A stretch of 64,000 nucleotides of DNA, from assembly GCA_964596525.1 (NCBI GenBank), contig CAZQUL010000002.1, positions 9,444-73,443 of the forward strand, written 5' to 3'. Below are positions 38,853 to 49,200 of this stretch, piece after piece. How positions within the stretch are numbered: position 1 is the stretch's first letter; every line of letters starts with the position of its first letter. This stretch comes from an uncultured Gammaproteobacteria bacterium. GTDB taxonomy: Bacteria > Patescibacteriota > Patescibacteriia > Magasanikbacterales > GWA2-37-8. The translations under genes and the position numbers were made by a program. A model generated the notes under the pieces. The model saw only the letters and a list, made by a program, of their open reading frames with translations, did no database searches and was not told the DNA's origin.

Positions 38853-39818
38853 ATGTCTGCTTCCACCTTTACCATTTCCGACGAAACAGCCGGACAACGC
38901 CTCGACGTTGCACTCGTCAGTCTCCTTGGCATTACCCGCTCGCAAGTCCAACATCTCATCGACACCGACCGCGTAACGGTCAATGACAAACTGCCTAAAA
39001 AAGCCGGTGATCGAGTCGCGGCCGGTGATGTAGTGGTTATCAACGATAAAATATCCACTGCCAATCACGGTATTACAACAACATCATCCAGCGCGACAGC
39101 TGCCGTACTCACACCACGCATTATTGCCGCAACACCCGATTTTATCGTAGTCGAAAAACCTTCCGGCATGCTCACCCACCCCACTCCAGCCAACGAAACC
39201 GACACGCTCGCACATTTTATCACCGCGCAGTTTCCTGAAGTGCAGGCCGTCGGTGAGGCGCCGGAGCGACCAGGTATCGTCCATCGTTTGGACAAAGAAG
39301 CTTCCGGCCTGTTGGTGGTCGCTCGCACACCAGCAATGTTTGAACACCTCAAAAAACAGTTCCAGGAGCGCAGTGTGCACAAAGAGTATACGGTTCTTGT
39401 CCATGACCCGATGCCCCGCGTTGAGGGCACCATCGATTTTCCCATCGAACGCTCCGAAAATGCCGAACGTATGGCCGCTCTTCCTAAAACGGAGAAAGGT
39501 CTAGCCACCGACAAAGGCAAAGAAGCCCTCACTGAATTCGTGGTCATCAAAAACTACGTCAACTTCAGTCTTCTTGAAGTGAAAATCCACACCGGCCGTA
39601 TGCACCAGATCCGTGCGCATCTTTTGGCCTACAATCATCCGGTCGTGGGCGACCCGCTGTATGTGCAAAAAAAACGCGCCCGCACGTGGGATGAACGCTG
39701 CGGACGGTTATTCTTGCACTGCTGCAAGCTCGGCTTTACCGATCTCAGTGGTTTGCCGCAGGAGTTTGAGAGCCCGCTCCCCAAAGAATTGGAATTTTTC
39801 TTAGGGCAGATCAGGTAA
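38853..39818 (+). CDS. RluA/RluD-family pseudouridine synthase with S4 domain
   Basis: QRLDVAL, KPSGMLTHP, IVHRLDKEASG, HTGRMHQIRAH, VGDPLY. Confidence 0.96.
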   Translation: MSASTFTISDETAGQRLDVALVSLLGITRSQVQHLIDTDRVTVNDKLPKKAGDRVAAGDVVVINDKISTANHGITTTSSSATAAVLTPRIIAATPDFIVVEKPSGMLTHPTPANETDTLAHFITAQFPEVQAVGEAPERPGIVHRLDKEASGLLVVARTPAMFEHLKKQFQERSVHKEYTVLVHDPMPRVEGTIDFPIERSENAERMAALPKTEKGLATDKGKEALTEFVVIKNYVNFSLLEVKIHTGRMHQIRAHLLAYNHPVVGDPLYVQKKRARTWDERCGRLFLHCCKLGFTDLSGLPQEFESPLPKELEFFLGQIR

Positions 39819-39922
39819 CGATACTTTATAAAAAACCGAACACTACAAAACAATCCATGGAAATTTCGGGAATTAAAGACACCGTCCTGCATACGCGGGA
39901 CGGTGTTGTGTTTTTCTCTTTC

Positions 39923-41296
39923 TCAGGCCGCTACGGCGTCCTGGGCAGCAGGTTCAATGCCGTGGTGGAACGGCCGGTAGTGCTTGCGGCGCACGAGAGC
40001 GAGCACCATACCGACGATAATAATGCCGAGGCTCAGACCAAGCTGGCTCAAGGATACCGAGGTAAACGGCACCTCCATCGTTTCACTCCGATTGGCGTGG
40101 ATCGTGTAACCGATGAGACCAAGCGGCGGAATCATGATGAGGATGGCGCTTGCGAGGCCGCCCGGAACCCGGAACGGCCACTGCAACTCGCGCTCACGTA
40201 TGAGGAGCACGATGTGCGCCAGGAACAGAAGCTCTATCGCGAGGCCGTAAAAGGTTACGTCGATCGTGATGAGCTTTTTGAGGCCGAAACCGAGCGAGAA
40301 CGTCCAGAGAATGCCGCACACGACGAGTGCCCGGCGCGGAACGTTGGTCTTGGGGTCGATCTTGGTGAGCCAGTCTTTGCCGGGCAGCCAGCCGTCGCGC
40401 GCCATAGTAACGAAGAGGCGCACGTAGGTAGCAACCAAGGCTTCATACATGCCAAACGCGCTCACCATGGCCGCGAACAAGATCCACCACTCCAGGTATT
40501 CCCCACCGTACGCGCGCGCCACCGTAGCCCAGTGCCCCGGATCCCACTCCGTGTGCGGCCGGCCAGTAAGAGCCATAGCCGCGACGGGAATGACGTAGGT
40601 AAAGACCACGAGCGCGAGCGTAAAGATGAGCGCGAGCGGATACGTCCGCTGAGGGCGCTGCACTTCTCCAGCCAGAGACGCAGCATTCTCCCACCCCATG
40701 TAGTTCCACATGGCATAGGCAATGCCCGTCACCGCATCATCCGTCGTAAGATGAACCGGAGGCGGCGCCGCAGTAACGGCACCGTTGGCGCACACGAGGA
40801 TGACAAAGTACACGAACGGCGCAAGCAAGAGAGCGGTGAAGAATACAGCCAGCTTGCCAAGCTTCTTGACGCCCAAGAAGTTCAGCAAGACTCCCGACAC
40901 TACCACGCCGGACGCGATAATAATGGGCCAACTCCCCCGCTCTGTCGCCGGAAAAAGCTTGCCGGCATACTTAGCGAAGAGTGTAGGATAGATTCCCATA
41001 TCAAACACGCTTGCAACAAGTGCAAACCATGTTTGCTGAAAGCCCCAAAAAGGACCAAGGGCACGCCTCGTCCATACGTACGGACCACCGTTCGCCGGAA
41101 GCGCGGTCGCGAGAACGGAAATGAGCAGGCAGATCGGCAGACTCCACAGGAGCGGAGTCACAAGCAGCACGATGACGGCCGTGGAGTACCCACAGCTCTT
41201 GATAATCTCCTCTAGCCCGTGCGGGCCGCCAGAGACCACGAGATACGTTGCCGCTGAAAGTCCGGCGAACCCGAGCATCGCCCGTGTATCATGCAT
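39923..41296 (-). CDS. APC-superfamily permease resembling PUT/RMV1-type polyamine transporters
   Basis: SGGPHGLE, PLLWSLP, P.NGG.YVW..ALGPFWGFQ, WNYMGWE, PQRTYP; about 12 TM segments. Confidence 0.88.
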   Translation of the reverse strand: MHDTRAMLGFAGLSAATYLVVSGGPHGLEEIIKSCGYSTAVIVLLVTPLLWSLPICLLISVLATALPANGGPYVWTRRALGPFWGFQQTWFALVASVFDMGIYPTLFAKYAGKLFPATERGSWPIIIASGVVVSGVLLNFLGVKKLGKLAVFFTALLLAPFVYFVILVCANGAVTAAPPPVHLTTDDAVTGIAYAMWNYMGWENAASLAGEVQRPQRTYPLALIFTLALVVFTYVIPVAAMALTGRPHTEWDPGHWATVARAYGGEYLEWWILFAAMVSAFGMYEALVATYVRLFVTMARDGWLPGKDWLTKIDPKTNVPRRALVVCGILWTFSLGFGLKKLITIDVTFYGLAIELLFLAHIVLLIRERELQWPFRVPGGLASAILIMIPPLGLIGYTIHANRSETMEVPFTSVSLSQLGLSLGIIIVGMVLALVRRKHYRPFHHGIEPAAQDAVAA

Positions 41297-41451
41297 TTCA
41301 CGTACCTTTCTGACGCCAATCGTCCGTGAGCGAGGGTTTGAATTGCCAAAGAACGTTCGTAAAAAACTGACTTCGCAGGGTAATAAAAATATGATAAAGT
41401 GTCAATGGTAAAAGTGCATAAATCCAGTAATTTTTCTCATCAAACTCATCT

Positions 41452-42012
41452 ATGCTCGTCCTCATCTCCGCTCCTGGCGGCGTTGGCAAAGATTCGGTCA
41501 TCCGCGGACTTCTCACCGCACTCCCTAACGCCGCGCGCAACATTACCACTACTTCGCGACGGATGCGCATGGGCGAAACCAACGGCCGCGACTACTACTT
41601 TATCACCGCACCGGATTTTCAGGAGAAAATCGCCCGCCATGATTTCATTGAACACAACTTCTTCACCGGTAACTACTACGGCACAGAGCGCGAACCGCTA
41701 CAGAAACTTCTGGCCACCCACGATGTGGTTATTACCCAGGCCGACATCAATGGCAAAGCAGCTTTCGACAAAGAAGGTGTTCCCCACTTATCAGTCTTTC
41801 TTCTTCCCGACAACTTAGAGGTGCTGCGCGCACGGCTCGAAAAACGTGGGAGCATGACGCCGGAGCAGATTGACGAGCGTCTCCGTTTAGCCGAAAAGGA
41901 GATACAAGCAGCACCCACCTACGATATACAGATCGTCAATAAAGAGGGAAAATTAGACCAAACTATTGAGGAACTGGCCAAAATCATTCGCACTCGGCTT
42001 GGCCAAGGTTAG
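41452..42012 (+). CDS. gmk: Guanylate kinase
   Basis: SAPGGVGK, TSRRMRMGETNGRDYYF, NYYGT. Confidence 0.95.
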   Translation: MLVLISAPGGVGKDSVIRGLLTALPNAARNITTTSRRMRMGETNGRDYYFITAPDFQEKIARHDFIEHNFFTGNYYGTEREPLQKLLATHDVVITQADINGKAAFDKEGVPHLSVFLLPDNLEVLRARLEKRGSMTPEQIDERLRLAEKEIQAAPTYDIQIVNKEGKLDQTIEELAKIIRTRLGQG

Positions 42013-42075
42013 GCCCTTGACAAGACGCAAAGGATTGGCTAAGATAGAGCCACTCTAAACAGGACTTCATTTTTT

Positions 42076-42423
42076 ATGACCGCAGCCACACAATCAATGC
42101 TCGACTACAAACCCGGCATGGTGGTAAAAGTTCACCACAAAATCAAAGAACTTAACGCTAAAGGTGAAGAAAAAGAACGTATCCAGACGTACGAAGGCAC
42201 CATCATCGCGGTACGCCACCACAAAGAACAGGGCGCCACGATTACGGTCCGCAAAGTCTCGGATGGCGTCGGAGTGGAAAAAATCTTCCCGATCTACTCC
42301 CCTATCATCGACAAAGTTGAGCTCATCAAGCACCTTCGCGTGCGCCGTGCCAAACTCAACTTCATGCGTGATAAAGACTTCAAACGCCGCCTTAAAGAAC
42401 ATAAAGTCGAAACAGCCGCGTAA
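42076..42423 (+). CDS. rplS: 50S ribosomal protein L19
   Basis: KERIQTYEG, TVRKVSDGVGVEKIFP, VRRAKL. Confidence 0.98.
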   Translation: MTAATQSMLDYKPGMVVKVHHKIKELNAKGEEKERIQTYEGTIIAVRHHKEQGATITVRKVSDGVGVEKIFPIYSPIIDKVELIKHLRVRRAKLNFMRDKDFKRRLKEHKVETAA

Positions 42424-42463
42424 CTTCAAAACCCGCTCTCCCGAGCGGGTTTTAGGACTCTTT

Positions 42464-43408
42464 ATGCCTATTCCCCTTATCACCATCGTCGGCGCCACTG
42501 CGAGCGGCAAAACCGCGCTCGGCATCCGTTTGGCTCAGCGCTTTAACGGTGCAGTGATTTCGGCGGATTCACGGCATGTGTACCGCAACCTCACGATCGG
42601 TACCGGCAAACCAGCTTACGCCTCCTTAAAAACTAAAGAACAGGACGGCGACGCGGTCGCGGTAGAAGGTATTCCCCATCATCTCATTGATATCTGCAAT
42701 CCGGATACACCGTTCACCGTCGTTGATTTTAAGCGCCGCGCACTCCAGTGCCTTACGTTCATCCACAACTACCAAAAGATCCCTTTTCTTGTCGGTGGTA
42801 CCGGACTCTACGTTAAGAGTATTGTTGATAATTTAGAACCAACCACACCGCCCGATCCCGGTGTGCGAGCGCATATAGCCAAACTGGCGCTCACAGAAAA
42901 ACAAACTTTGTTAAAACAGTTGGATGCCAAGGTATTTGCCGCGATAGACAGTAATAATCCGCGACGCGTGGAGCGGGCGCTCGAGAAACTCATCAGCCCG
43001 CAGCAACTGAACGAAAAAATACCGTCTACGCCGACCCCTCCTCTGAATCTTCTTCAGATTGGCCTTAACCCACTACCCGAGCGTCTTTACGCTGCCATCG
43101 ACCGACGTATCGATGAACAACTCGAGCGCGGGCTGGTGGATGAGGTACGAGGCCTGCTAGCAGCTGGTTATACGTTTAGTTTGCCGAGCCTGGCCACCAT
43201 CGGCTATACAGAGATCGGAGCGTATCTGAGAGGCGAAGCGACTCTTCCCGAGGCTATTCGCCGACTGCGGTTCGACACGCGCCACTATGCCAAACGGCAG
43301 TATACCTGGTTCAAAAAGGATGCGCGCATACACTGGTTCTCTAGCCCTGAAGACCCTGCAATCGACGCACTCGTCGCTGGGTTTCTAAAAACCACCACCC
43401 GGTTATAG
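42464..43408 (+). CDS. miaA: tRNA dimethylallyltransferase
   Basis: GATASGKT, ISADSRHVYR..IGTGKP, VGGTGLY, TRHYAKRQYTWF. Confidence 0.96.
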   Translation: MPIPLITIVGATASGKTALGIRLAQRFNGAVISADSRHVYRNLTIGTGKPAYASLKTKEQDGDAVAVEGIPHHLIDICNPDTPFTVVDFKRRALQCLTFIHNYQKIPFLVGGTGLYVKSIVDNLEPTTPPDPGVRAHIAKLALTEKQTLLKQLDAKVFAAIDSNNPRRVERALEKLISPQQLNEKIPSTPTPPLNLLQIGLNPLPERLYAAIDRRIDEQLERGLVDEVRGLLAAGYTFSLPSLATIGYTEIGAYLRGEATLPEAIRRLRFDTRHYAKRQYTWFKKDARIHWFSSPEDPAIDALVAGFLKTTTRL

Positions 43409-43422
43409 GGTGGTGGTTTTTT
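43387..43422. terminator. Bidirectional terminator overlapping the miaA stop
   Basis: AAAAACCACCACCC...GGGTGGTGGTTTTT. Confidence 0.8.
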
Positions 43423-43433
43423 GGAAGAATCGT

Positions 43434-45290
43434 TTAGCGGGCCACGAGAAGCGGGTTACCGGTGAGGCTTATTTTTTCACCGGTTACCGCATCTTCACCC
43501 GTAATCATTACTTTGGATATAAGCGTTGTTTGGGTGGTGTTAGAACTTTTCAGGGTTACTTTGAAGGGCCAGGCTGCAACATCGAGGGTTTCGGGCAATT
43601 CTGGAATAGACCAGGTAAGTTTTTTGGTTCCAGCATCGAACGCGGCCGAACCGACCGGTACCGCATCCATACCAGCAACACTCACATCACCAAAAAGATC
43701 GGCCTGAACAGTTATATTCTTTAGACTATTAAGCGAATTGGTAAGCATCCACGTCACCTGATGCTCGTTGGCCGATGCGCCAGGAGCAAGCGCTTCGCGG
43801 CGCATCTCAAAGCTCAGGTTAGAGCCGAGAGTAATAACGCGTGGGGTAAGCGAATACACTACTGGCGTTCCAGAAGCGTTCACAAAACTCAAACCTCCGG
43901 TAAGGCGAATCGTACGCTCGTTAACCAACGAGAGATCGAAGCGATCGGTGCCGCGGATGGGGAGCGTCACGTTGAATACGAGTTCCTGATCCGGCGCGAG
44001 ATTGGCGAGTTTGGACTCATGATCCTTAGCCCAGCTAATCACGCCTTGGCGAATAACATCGCTTATCTGCTCGCCGCGAACGTCGCCGTCAAGGGGATCT
44101 TTAAGTTTTGACCAATCGAGAATGCTCTGACGGTTGAGCGACGGGGCTTGAAAAATAAGGCGTGCCGTACCGTTCTTGAGGGCAGCACCGGTCGTATTTT
44201 TGAACGAAAAAGCGATCGTGAGCGTCTCACCCGGAGCGCTCGTGTGGTTAAGCCCAGTGTTCCCATTCACCGAAAGCACCACACCATCAAGTACGGGGCT
44301 CGTGATTTTAGATACAATACTCCCCTCCGCAATCGCTACGGGTTGGGCTAAAGAAGGGGCAATAACCTGAAGCGCGGCGCCGATTTCGGTTGTGCCCTCG
44401 CCACTATCTTGGGGTTGCACGCGGGCACTAAAGACATGGGTGGACGTGGGCGTATTAACAGGAATCGTCCAACGCCCGGCTTTGTTGATTGCTGGAGTCG
44501 AGGACACCACCTTGCCACCTTCTTTAAGGGCAGGTACGAGCTCAAGGGCATACGGGAACGGGGTGGCGGCGAGTTTGACGGTAAAGGTATAGACGTCGTC
44601 GCTTCCAGATGCCACTTCGGCCGGACCCATAACACTCACGGTCACTGGATTATCCCCCACCTTGGACTCGAAGGAAGCAGTTTCTTGTACCAAAGAATTA
44701 ATGCTTTCGGCCTGGTAGCTTAAAACGCCGCGCCACGTACGCGTTTCTCCCTTTCGACCGAATAAAAAGCCCGTAACTTTAATATCAGCGGAGCTGTGCG
44801 CCGGGATGGTACCTAAATCCCATTCAGTGCTGCCAGCGTTACGGGCTTTAAGCGACGTGGTAACTACGACGAAACCGACGGGATAACGAAGCGTGGCCAC
44901 GGTCTTTTCGAGCGGCCGATCAGTATTGTTTTTGTAACTAAAGACATACGTAGATGCCACGCCGAACCGCGCCTCAGTAGGACCGCTCACCGCGATCTGT
45001 ACGCCTTCTTTAGCAGCAGGTGATTTGTCCGAGAAAAAAGCAAGCACAATCCACACACCAAAAGATCCGACCACTACGAGTGTCACGAAAACGGTCGCGA
45101 TTTTGGCAAACAGCGACGTTTTACGCACTTCGATCGTCGTCATATCCGGCAGGTCGCCGTTCTCATTTTTATAGATGGCATCAAGCTTGGCTCGCACCTC
45201 TTCATCGCGCTCACGTGAAGAAGTACGGTGCGGCGGCTTGCGGTGCTGGTGTTCGCCTGAGGCATTGTCGCGTACAGGTCGCGCAGACAT
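43434..45290 (-). CDS. Membrane-anchored protein with several Ig-like (DUF11-like) beta domains
   Basis: N-terminal TM; repeated V.GP, YKNNT...L, W.LG.I motifs. Confidence 0.7.
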   Translation of the reverse strand: MSARPVRDNASGEHQHRKPPHRTSSRERDEEVRAKLDAIYKNENGDLPDMTTIEVRKTSLFAKIATVFVTLVVVGSFGVWIVLAFFSDKSPAAKEGVQIAVSGPTEARFGVASTYVFSYKNNTDRPLEKTVATLRYPVGFVVVTTSLKARNAGSTEWDLGTIPAHSSADIKVTGFLFGRKGETRTWRGVLSYQAESINSLVQETASFESKVGDNPVTVSVMGPAEVASGSDDVYTFTVKLAATPFPYALELVPALKEGGKVVSSTPAINKAGRWTIPVNTPTSTHVFSARVQPQDSGEGTTEIGAALQVIAPSLAQPVAIAEGSIVSKITSPVLDGVVLSVNGNTGLNHTSAPGETLTIAFSFKNTTGAALKNGTARLIFQAPSLNRQSILDWSKLKDPLDGDVRGEQISDVIRQGVISWAKDHESKLANLAPDQELVFNVTLPIRGTDRFDLSLVNERTIRLTGGLSFVNASGTPVVYSLTPRVITLGSNLSFEMRREALAPGASANEHQVTWMLTNSLNSLKNITVQADLFGDVSVAGMDAVPVGSAAFDAGTKKLTWSIPELPETLDVAAWPFKVTLKSSNTTQTTLISKVMITGEDAVTGEKISLTGNPLLVAR

Positions 45291-45327
45291 ATGAAAAGGA
45301 CAAGAATTAAGGAGGCGCCACCGGAAA

Positions 45328-48015
45328 TTACGGATTCTTCTCAAAAGCAACGGCCCAGGTGGTATCCGAGCGCAAGAGCGGCACGGTGAAAAGCGCGCCG
45401 TTTTTAACAACAGTCACATCGCCGTTCTTCCATACCGGTGTCCAACCGTCCGGGAAGATGATTTGGCTAGCAAACGAGCTTTCAACCCCTGACTGCCGGC
45501 CAAGCACCAAGCGATAGGTATCGAGAACTTTAGTATCAGCACCTTTATTGAGGGTACCTAAGCGGAACGGAAGACGATAGCTGATTTCTACCGTTGAGGT
45601 AGTGCCTGGCTCGGTAACAATCCAGTTAGCAAACGCGTACTTACCGAACTCTTTGGTAACGCGCGTACCTGTTTTGGGGTCTTTGGCAACTTCGGTTTCG
45701 TGACGGGCAATATCTGCATCTGGCACGGACCATTTGTCTGGTGCGCGGAAATTCTTTTCATCTGGCCAGCTGAAACCTTTGGCTTCGATGAGTTCGCTGC
45801 CTTCAGGAACGTAGAAACGAATGTAGTTGATATTCGGTTTACCGTAGAACTTCTCGCCTGGCGTGCCGTAATGACCGCGGCTTACAGTTACGGTATTAAC
45901 GAGTGAACCATCGGCTTCGACGACTGTTTGGTGGGTAACGGCCTGGCGGATCTTCGCGTCGCTTTTTTCACCTTGGATGTTGGTGTTGACGACCATGAGA
46001 TAGTCGTCGGTCGGCGCGGTTTTGGCAATGGTTCCGCCCCAGCCGAAGTCGACGATATGCGCCTCAGCTTCCGGATCCGAGAAATAAATCTGGATGTCTT
46101 TCTGATCCAAAGCTTCTTTGAGATTGATGAGAAGCGGAGCGAGCGATTCGGCCTTAAGGGACGAGAAATAGCTCATGAACGTGTGAGCTGTATCTTGGAT
46201 GATCTGCTTAGGTTTATTGGCTTTTTTCTCTGCACCTTCTTCAACAACGGACTGAATGACCGAGAGGGCCGATGAAGCGTCCAGTGTAAGGCCGCGTTTT
46301 TCATCGCTAAGCGGCCCGACAATACTGAGGAGGCGAGGTAGCACAGCACTATTGATGGCGATAACTCCATCTACGCCACCACGTTCGCTATTGCGGTAAA
46401 ACCACAGCATTTTTTCGGCACTGGCCGCGAAATCCGGGAACCAGTTAGCATCCTGGAATTCCCAGCGCTTGTTGAGCATAAGAAAGGGTGCGGGCGGAAC
46501 AAGGAATTTGCGCAGCTGCCCTTCGACGTCATAAGTACCGCCAGCCGGAACATCAAAACGCACGATTTTACCGTCGCGCACATCGACTTCAGCAAAACTG
46601 CCCATAAAACCTCCGGTCGGGCGGATTTCTGCGGAATTCTGGAAGACGACGAGATAGCGGCGCAATCCTTTGGCTCCGGCAACTTCGTTAATCACGTCAC
46701 CGGCGCGAGCGATCTGGTTAAGATCTTCGACTGCCGAAGAAAAAACCAGCTTGAGTTCGATAAATGTTTTCTGGTATTCTGGCGGCACCTGGCTTGGCTC
46801 GACCGCGGACAAAAGCTCAAGCGCGCGGTTGTAATGCGGCATAGCACCGCGGATATGGCGGACAATGGTTTGCGTTTTAGCGAGCAACGAAGCTTCCGAC
46901 GTATCGGCCACGGTTTCGTTGATGCCTTTGATAAGGTAGGTATTACCGAGGCTAATGCTCTGACCGGCTTCGATGAGCGACATGCGACCTTTCACTTCAG
47001 GGCCGACAAGCGGCATAAACGAAGCAACTTTCTGGAGCACAGTGTGTTCACGTGAGAGCGTATCGAGGGCGGACGTGAAGTGCGACAGAGCGTTCACCGT
47101 ATGCTCGCCAGCCGAGGCAATGTTGGCTGAAAGAAGCGCGCCGGTTGATTCTTGGAGCGCCATAAAGCCTTCGGCACTGTCGTTCGTAACAGCGGCGGCG
47201 GTTTGTTTGAGGGAGAAATAGTAACTTTCAACGCGATTCGGAACGATAGCAAGGAAAAGCAGTGCGACCAAGGCAAACGCGAGCCGTTTCTGCCATACAA
47301 AACCACCAAAATTAAGCCATTGCCAGCGCGGAGATTGGGCATCGGCAACAATATCCACTGGTGGCAGTGGCTTAGGTTCGGGAAGAATTTTTCCTTTCGC
47401 AGGCACAGCAACCGCAGGCAGCTCTTGGGTAACTTCGGATACATGGATTTTTTCTCCGACCGGCACCATGACCAACCCTTCGTCATCATCAGGATCAACG
47501 GATTTCCAACGCTCCGGAGCAAACTTGTCTTTTAAAATCGCCAAATCCTTGCGAGCTTTGGGCAGGTTAAGAGTAGGAATGGTAACAGTAAAAGTTTTTT
47601 TACCGATCAACGCAGGCGGGGCTGATGCTTCCTCAACAATTTCTGGGGTAACTTCGGGGGTGACAGAACTCTCTAGGACAGCTGGCATGGTCTGATGCTT
47701 TTTCTCAACATCCAGTTGGTGCGAAAAAGCGGTTAGCGCTGTTGGCTCGACTGATGGTTCTACACCTTCGTACGTGGTGGCGTGGGATTTAAGATCTACT
47801 ACGTGGCGGGAATGACGCGGTTTAAAATCAACATGATGCACGAAAAACCGCACAGGGTTCGGTGAGGCTTTGGGGGTTAGTGGCGACGCCGGTTTCGATC
47901 GTCGGATGATGGTGGTCGTGGGTTGCTCTTGCGCTTTGGCCGGACACGTACCGGTGTTGTGACCTGTTTTTTGGCAGAGTCGACAGCGGCGTAGCTGGGG
48001 ACGAGAAGCAGTCAT
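45328..48015 (-). CDS. DUF4012-domain membrane protein with N-terminal CCHC zinc knuckle
   Basis: YLVVFQNSAEIRPTGGFMGS, DANWFPDF, VDGVIAI; CRLCQKTGHNTGTC. Confidence 0.85.
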   Translation of the reverse strand: MTASRPQLRRCRLCQKTGHNTGTCPAKAQEQPTTTIIRRSKPASPLTPKASPNPVRFFVHHVDFKPRHSRHVVDLKSHATTYEGVEPSVEPTALTAFSHQLDVEKKHQTMPAVLESSVTPEVTPEIVEEASAPPALIGKKTFTVTIPTLNLPKARKDLAILKDKFAPERWKSVDPDDDEGLVMVPVGEKIHVSEVTQELPAVAVPAKGKILPEPKPLPPVDIVADAQSPRWQWLNFGGFVWQKRLAFALVALLFLAIVPNRVESYYFSLKQTAAAVTNDSAEGFMALQESTGALLSANIASAGEHTVNALSHFTSALDTLSREHTVLQKVASFMPLVGPEVKGRMSLIEAGQSISLGNTYLIKGINETVADTSEASLLAKTQTIVRHIRGAMPHYNRALELLSAVEPSQVPPEYQKTFIELKLVFSSAVEDLNQIARAGDVINEVAGAKGLRRYLVVFQNSAEIRPTGGFMGSFAEVDVRDGKIVRFDVPAGGTYDVEGQLRKFLVPPAPFLMLNKRWEFQDANWFPDFAASAEKMLWFYRNSERGGVDGVIAINSAVLPRLLSIVGPLSDEKRGLTLDASSALSVIQSVVEEGAEKKANKPKQIIQDTAHTFMSYFSSLKAESLAPLLINLKEALDQKDIQIYFSDPEAEAHIVDFGWGGTIAKTAPTDDYLMVVNTNIQGEKSDAKIRQAVTHQTVVEADGSLVNTVTVSRGHYGTPGEKFYGKPNINYIRFYVPEGSELIEAKGFSWPDEKNFRAPDKWSVPDADIARHETEVAKDPKTGTRVTKEFGKYAFANWIVTEPGTTSTVEISYRLPFRLGTLNKGADTKVLDTYRLVLGRQSGVESSFASQIIFPDGWTPVWKNGDVTVVKNGALFTVPLLRSDTTWAVAFEKNP

Positions 48016-48097
48016 GGTCGTCGGGAACAAATAAAGATCTCCTCCCCACGAGTATACCATGTTTTGGGATTAGAAAAAACCCACCATGGAGGTGGAT

Positions 48098-48550
48098 TTA
48101 CTGATGCCGTGCGAGCAGTGGAATAACTGGGCCGAGTGGTTCGATTTTTCTGTTTTGGAAGAGGTCACGCCAGGCCGAAACCGTTTGTCCAACACGGGTG
48201 GGCATGCCGACAATGGCAAGCCACTGCTCTGTACAAGCTCCATTTTCGCGCAGGAAAGGATTTTCTACCTCGATGAGCTCGAGTATAGTGTCTGCTTGAG
48301 CGTCGCGCATAGGAGAGATAAGCTTGAGCTTAAAGGGTCGCGACGCAGAGTGGCAGGTTAAATCCAGAAGGTCGACGATTGGCTCTTCCGGTTCGGGAAA
48401 AAAGTGCGCCAGCGGAGTTTGAGCACTCGTTGCAACAGACACATCCTCGGCCGAGCGCCGCTCCAGATGACGGGTGGAAATGAGCTGACTACTAGTACGC
48501 TCCCGGCCAGCGTCGATGACAAGAAACGGCTCAAGCACCAAAATAACCAT
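48098..48550 (-). CDS. Hypothetical protein
   Basis: 150-aa ORF with TAAGGAG SD, co-oriented just downstream of a Nudix gene. Confidence 0.55.
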   Translation of the reverse strand: MVILVLEPFLVIDAGRERTSSQLISTRHLERRSAEDVSVATSAQTPLAHFFPEPEEPIVDLLDLTCHSASRPFKLKLISPMRDAQADTILELIEVENPFLRENGACTEQWLAIVGMPTRVGQTVSAWRDLFQNRKIEPLGPVIPLLARHQ

Positions 48551-48562
48551 GCTAAGGACTCC

Positions 48563-48979
48563 TTAGGCGCACGCCTCATCCAAATGAGCAAAGAGTGCGC
48601 GGTTGTAGACCGCGAATGTTCCGGTAAGCAGAGCTTCACGCCCCACTAAACCAACAAGCGAGCCTTCACCGTTTAGTCGCGGCTCGCGAGAGAAATCTGA
48701 CGGCAGCGCACCCTGGTACTCAAAGGCTACTGCCATAAAATCTCCATCAACAAGCTCAAAGACCACGACCAAGAACTCAGGATCAAGCATGAGACCAGCT
48801 TCTTCAAAGGCTTCTCGGACCATGGCCTGCACGTCGGTTTCACCCTCTTCTACCTTTCCTCCAACAAGACCCCAATCGTTGGTTGTATGGCGGCGGGTGA
48901 CGCCAAGGTAACGGCCGTCTGAGTGCCGGATTACCAGGCACACCGCCCTTTTCGCAACTCCTGTACGTTGTGTTTTCAT
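48563..48979 (-). CDS. NUDIX hydrolase
   Basis: GGKVEEGETDVQAMVREAFEEAGL. Confidence 0.9.
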   Translation of the reverse strand: MKTQRTGVAKRAVCLVIRHSDGRYLGVTRRHTTNDWGLVGGKVEEGETDVQAMVREAFEEAGLMLDPEFLVVVFELVDGDFMAVAFEYQGALPSDFSREPRLNGEGSLVGLVGREALLTGTFAVYNRALFAHLDEACA

Positions 48980-49099
48980 GGAACTGTACTCCTGACAACG
49001 CCTCCAGCTTGCCGCTTTTACCTAGCTTTGTCAATAAGATAAGCCAAAAGCTCTTGACAAGATACCTGACGTACCGTATTCTAGCGGTACTTTATTAAT

Positions 49100-49200
49100 C
49101 ACTCATCAACCCCTGAGCGACACACGCCCAGAGAGCGCACAGCGCTTTTCCTCCTTGCGACCACTCGCGAGGCTTGGTTGAGAGGATAAAAGGAAAGCAT
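49100..49200 (+). promoter_or_regulatory. rpsB leader (putative uS2 autoregulatory element)
   Basis: Approximately 110-nt leader after a TTGACA promoter; ACACACGCC...GAGGC pattern with internal AGCGC/GCGCT hairpin. Confidence 0.5.

Noticed and set aside
42164-42463. miaA frame extends 100 codons upstream through rplS (possible frameshift fusion)
   Set aside because: The extension is not protein-like, a terminator-like hairpin lies between the genes, and MiaA homology starts at 42464.
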